Source: Chiloscyllium plagiosum
Lineage: Eukaryota
DNA: 64,000 nt
Assembly (NCBI RefSeq): GCF_004010195.1
Contig: NC_057743.1
Coordinates: 13,545,065 to 13,609,064, forward strand
Direction: 5' to 3'
A program made the position numbers and the translations under genes. Under the pieces are notes generated by a model. It was not told the DNA's origin. It searched no databases and was given only the letters and a program-made list of their open reading frames with translations. Below, piece after piece: positions 62,221-64,000 of the stretch. Every line of letters begins with the position of its first letter. Position 1 is the stretch's first letter.

Positions 62221-62757
62221 AGGTAAAAACAATGACTGCAGATGCTGGAAACCAGATTCTGGATTGGTGGTGCTGGAAGAGCACAGCAGTTCAGGCAGCA
62301 TCCAAGGAGCAGCGAAATCGACATTTCAGGCAAAAGCCCTTCATCAGGATTGATTAGTCTTTACTAATGAGAACTGTCATTCTGGGGAACTGTATATGTG
62401 CAGTGATGTAGATAAAAGAATTTGCAGAACCTTCTGTAGTCAAACAGCAGTCATTCATGGTCAGGGGCAAAGCCATTATAGGCTTCAGGCTACCTGCAGA
62501 GATTGTGAAATAAGGATTTGGAAGGTTTAATGTTGAGAAGTGCCTTAGGTGTCACCCACTATGATAATATCAAATGATCCTGTGGACAGAACAGCTCAAG
62601 ATCTCAAAGAGGTGGCACCCAGCATCCAGATGCTCTGTAAAAATAGCTATCATATCAATGTAACATGTAAATACTGGCTATTACACAATAGGCTACTTCC
62701 TGTCCTCGGATGCTGCCTGAATTGCTGTGCTCTTCCAGCACCACTGATCCAGAATCC
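62221..62757. mobile_element. PLE family F inverted arms (62221-62349; 62697-62757) around unrelated spacer
   Basis: gattctggatt.gtggtgctggaagagcacagcagttcaggcagcatcc and its reverse complement; minus-strand HHR tcCTGATGAagggcttttgcctGAAATGTCga. Confidence 0.75.
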
Positions 62758-64000
62758 TGTTCAATACACGAGCCTCTTCTGATTAGATCAGGAAATGATG
62801 TTCTTTGATGACACTGGATCAAACAGGCCCCTTTAGACCCCGACAGTGAGAGGATGGTGGCTGCAAACCTACCATATGTTGAGTGCAATTTAACACCAAA
62901 TAGAACAGAAACGTGGATCACCAACCCTTCAATGTGCAGAACCGGACCCTACCAGCCTTGTGATAACACAAACCACGCTCAGCATCAAAAGATATACTGC
63001 TGTGTGAAATGTTTTCTTTCTCATTGCTGCTGTTATTTGCATTGTGATCTGCTTCACAAGGCGTGCTTTAACTCTCCTTACTAATATCAGCCAAAGTTGA
63101 GGACCTAACCCGAAACCTAGCGACATAGTTAACCCTGGGTGATTAATCTCCAGGATAGGCAGGGCTGGTAGCAGGTGCCCTGCCGTCTGGTGTGGAGAGA
63201 GTGAGGAATGTGGAGAACCTAAGCAGCCTGGAGACCAGCTTGCCAATGTTGGATCTGAACTGAATAAGATCATCCAGGTCAAACACCGATCAGCTGTCAA
63301 CTGGAGATGGCAGGGCAAGATGAATTGAGTGCCTCTAGACTAAACAGGGTAGGAATACAATGGATCACTGTCATCTAATGTGTGCTGAATGTTGGTGTCA
63401 GGTGCAGGGTTTCTTCTGTTGCTCCAACAAAGGATTAGCGTTGGACTTGCATTTATTTCACAACTTTCACAAGCTGAAGACATTACCAAAGCACATTAAA
63501 GCCAGCAAGGTACTTTCAAACAGCAGTCACTGTTGTGTAGAAACAGTCTGACAGCCAACTCTCACTGTTTGAATGTGCATATGCAGAAAGAACAGTTATC
63601 TGATGGATTAGAGTAACAGGCCCAGAGTAACATGGATATTCTCTAAGAAGCAGTAGACAAGCAAAATAAGCTGACAAAGATTGTGCACTAAGGAGCTAAG
63701 TTAAAATACACAATGAGCAGAACCAGACTCAACATAACACTTACATTAGACTGGTTTCTTTTGAAATGACCTTGTTGGGCTCAATCTCTTTCTGTTCACA
63801 GGGAGAATAGATTTGCAGTCAATGCTATCGTTTATTGCCTAAGGAACTGAAAGAGGAGAAGGACTGCTATTTATCTATGATGGCGGGCTTGATCTGCACA
63901 CACAACAATATTCTAAGTGAAACAACAAAACAGTATGTTACAAATCACTTAAAGACCAATAAACTCAAAAGAAATGAATCCCCGAATGACTCCAATGGAC

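Overview
Eukaryotic, repeat-saturated intergenic or intronic DNA. It is very probably from a shark: the HE1-type SINEs, HER1/CR1 LINEs and Penelope-derived repeats resemble those of bamboo/carpet sharks (inference from family recognition). I find no credible host protein-coding gene; the supplied ORFs are transposon fragments, tandem-repeat artefacts or noise. Contents: about 9 HE1-type SINEs, many CR1 fragments (one fairly young), RTE and RTE-X-like pieces, an internally deleted hAT transposon with TIRs and TSD, Harbinger and Gypsy relics, a 5.7-kb 22-bp satellite with higher-order structure, a 1.9-kb 35-bp VNTR inside an apparent non-autonomous retroelement, and two N gaps. The most notable signal is about a dozen Penelope-like insertions from roughly six families. 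Most are asymmetric fold-back units, many have 13-18-bp TSDs, and most carry minimal hammerhead ribozyme motifs; one family has a compensatory U3:A8 core. Degraded-element boundaries are approximate and family names come from motif recognition, not database searches.
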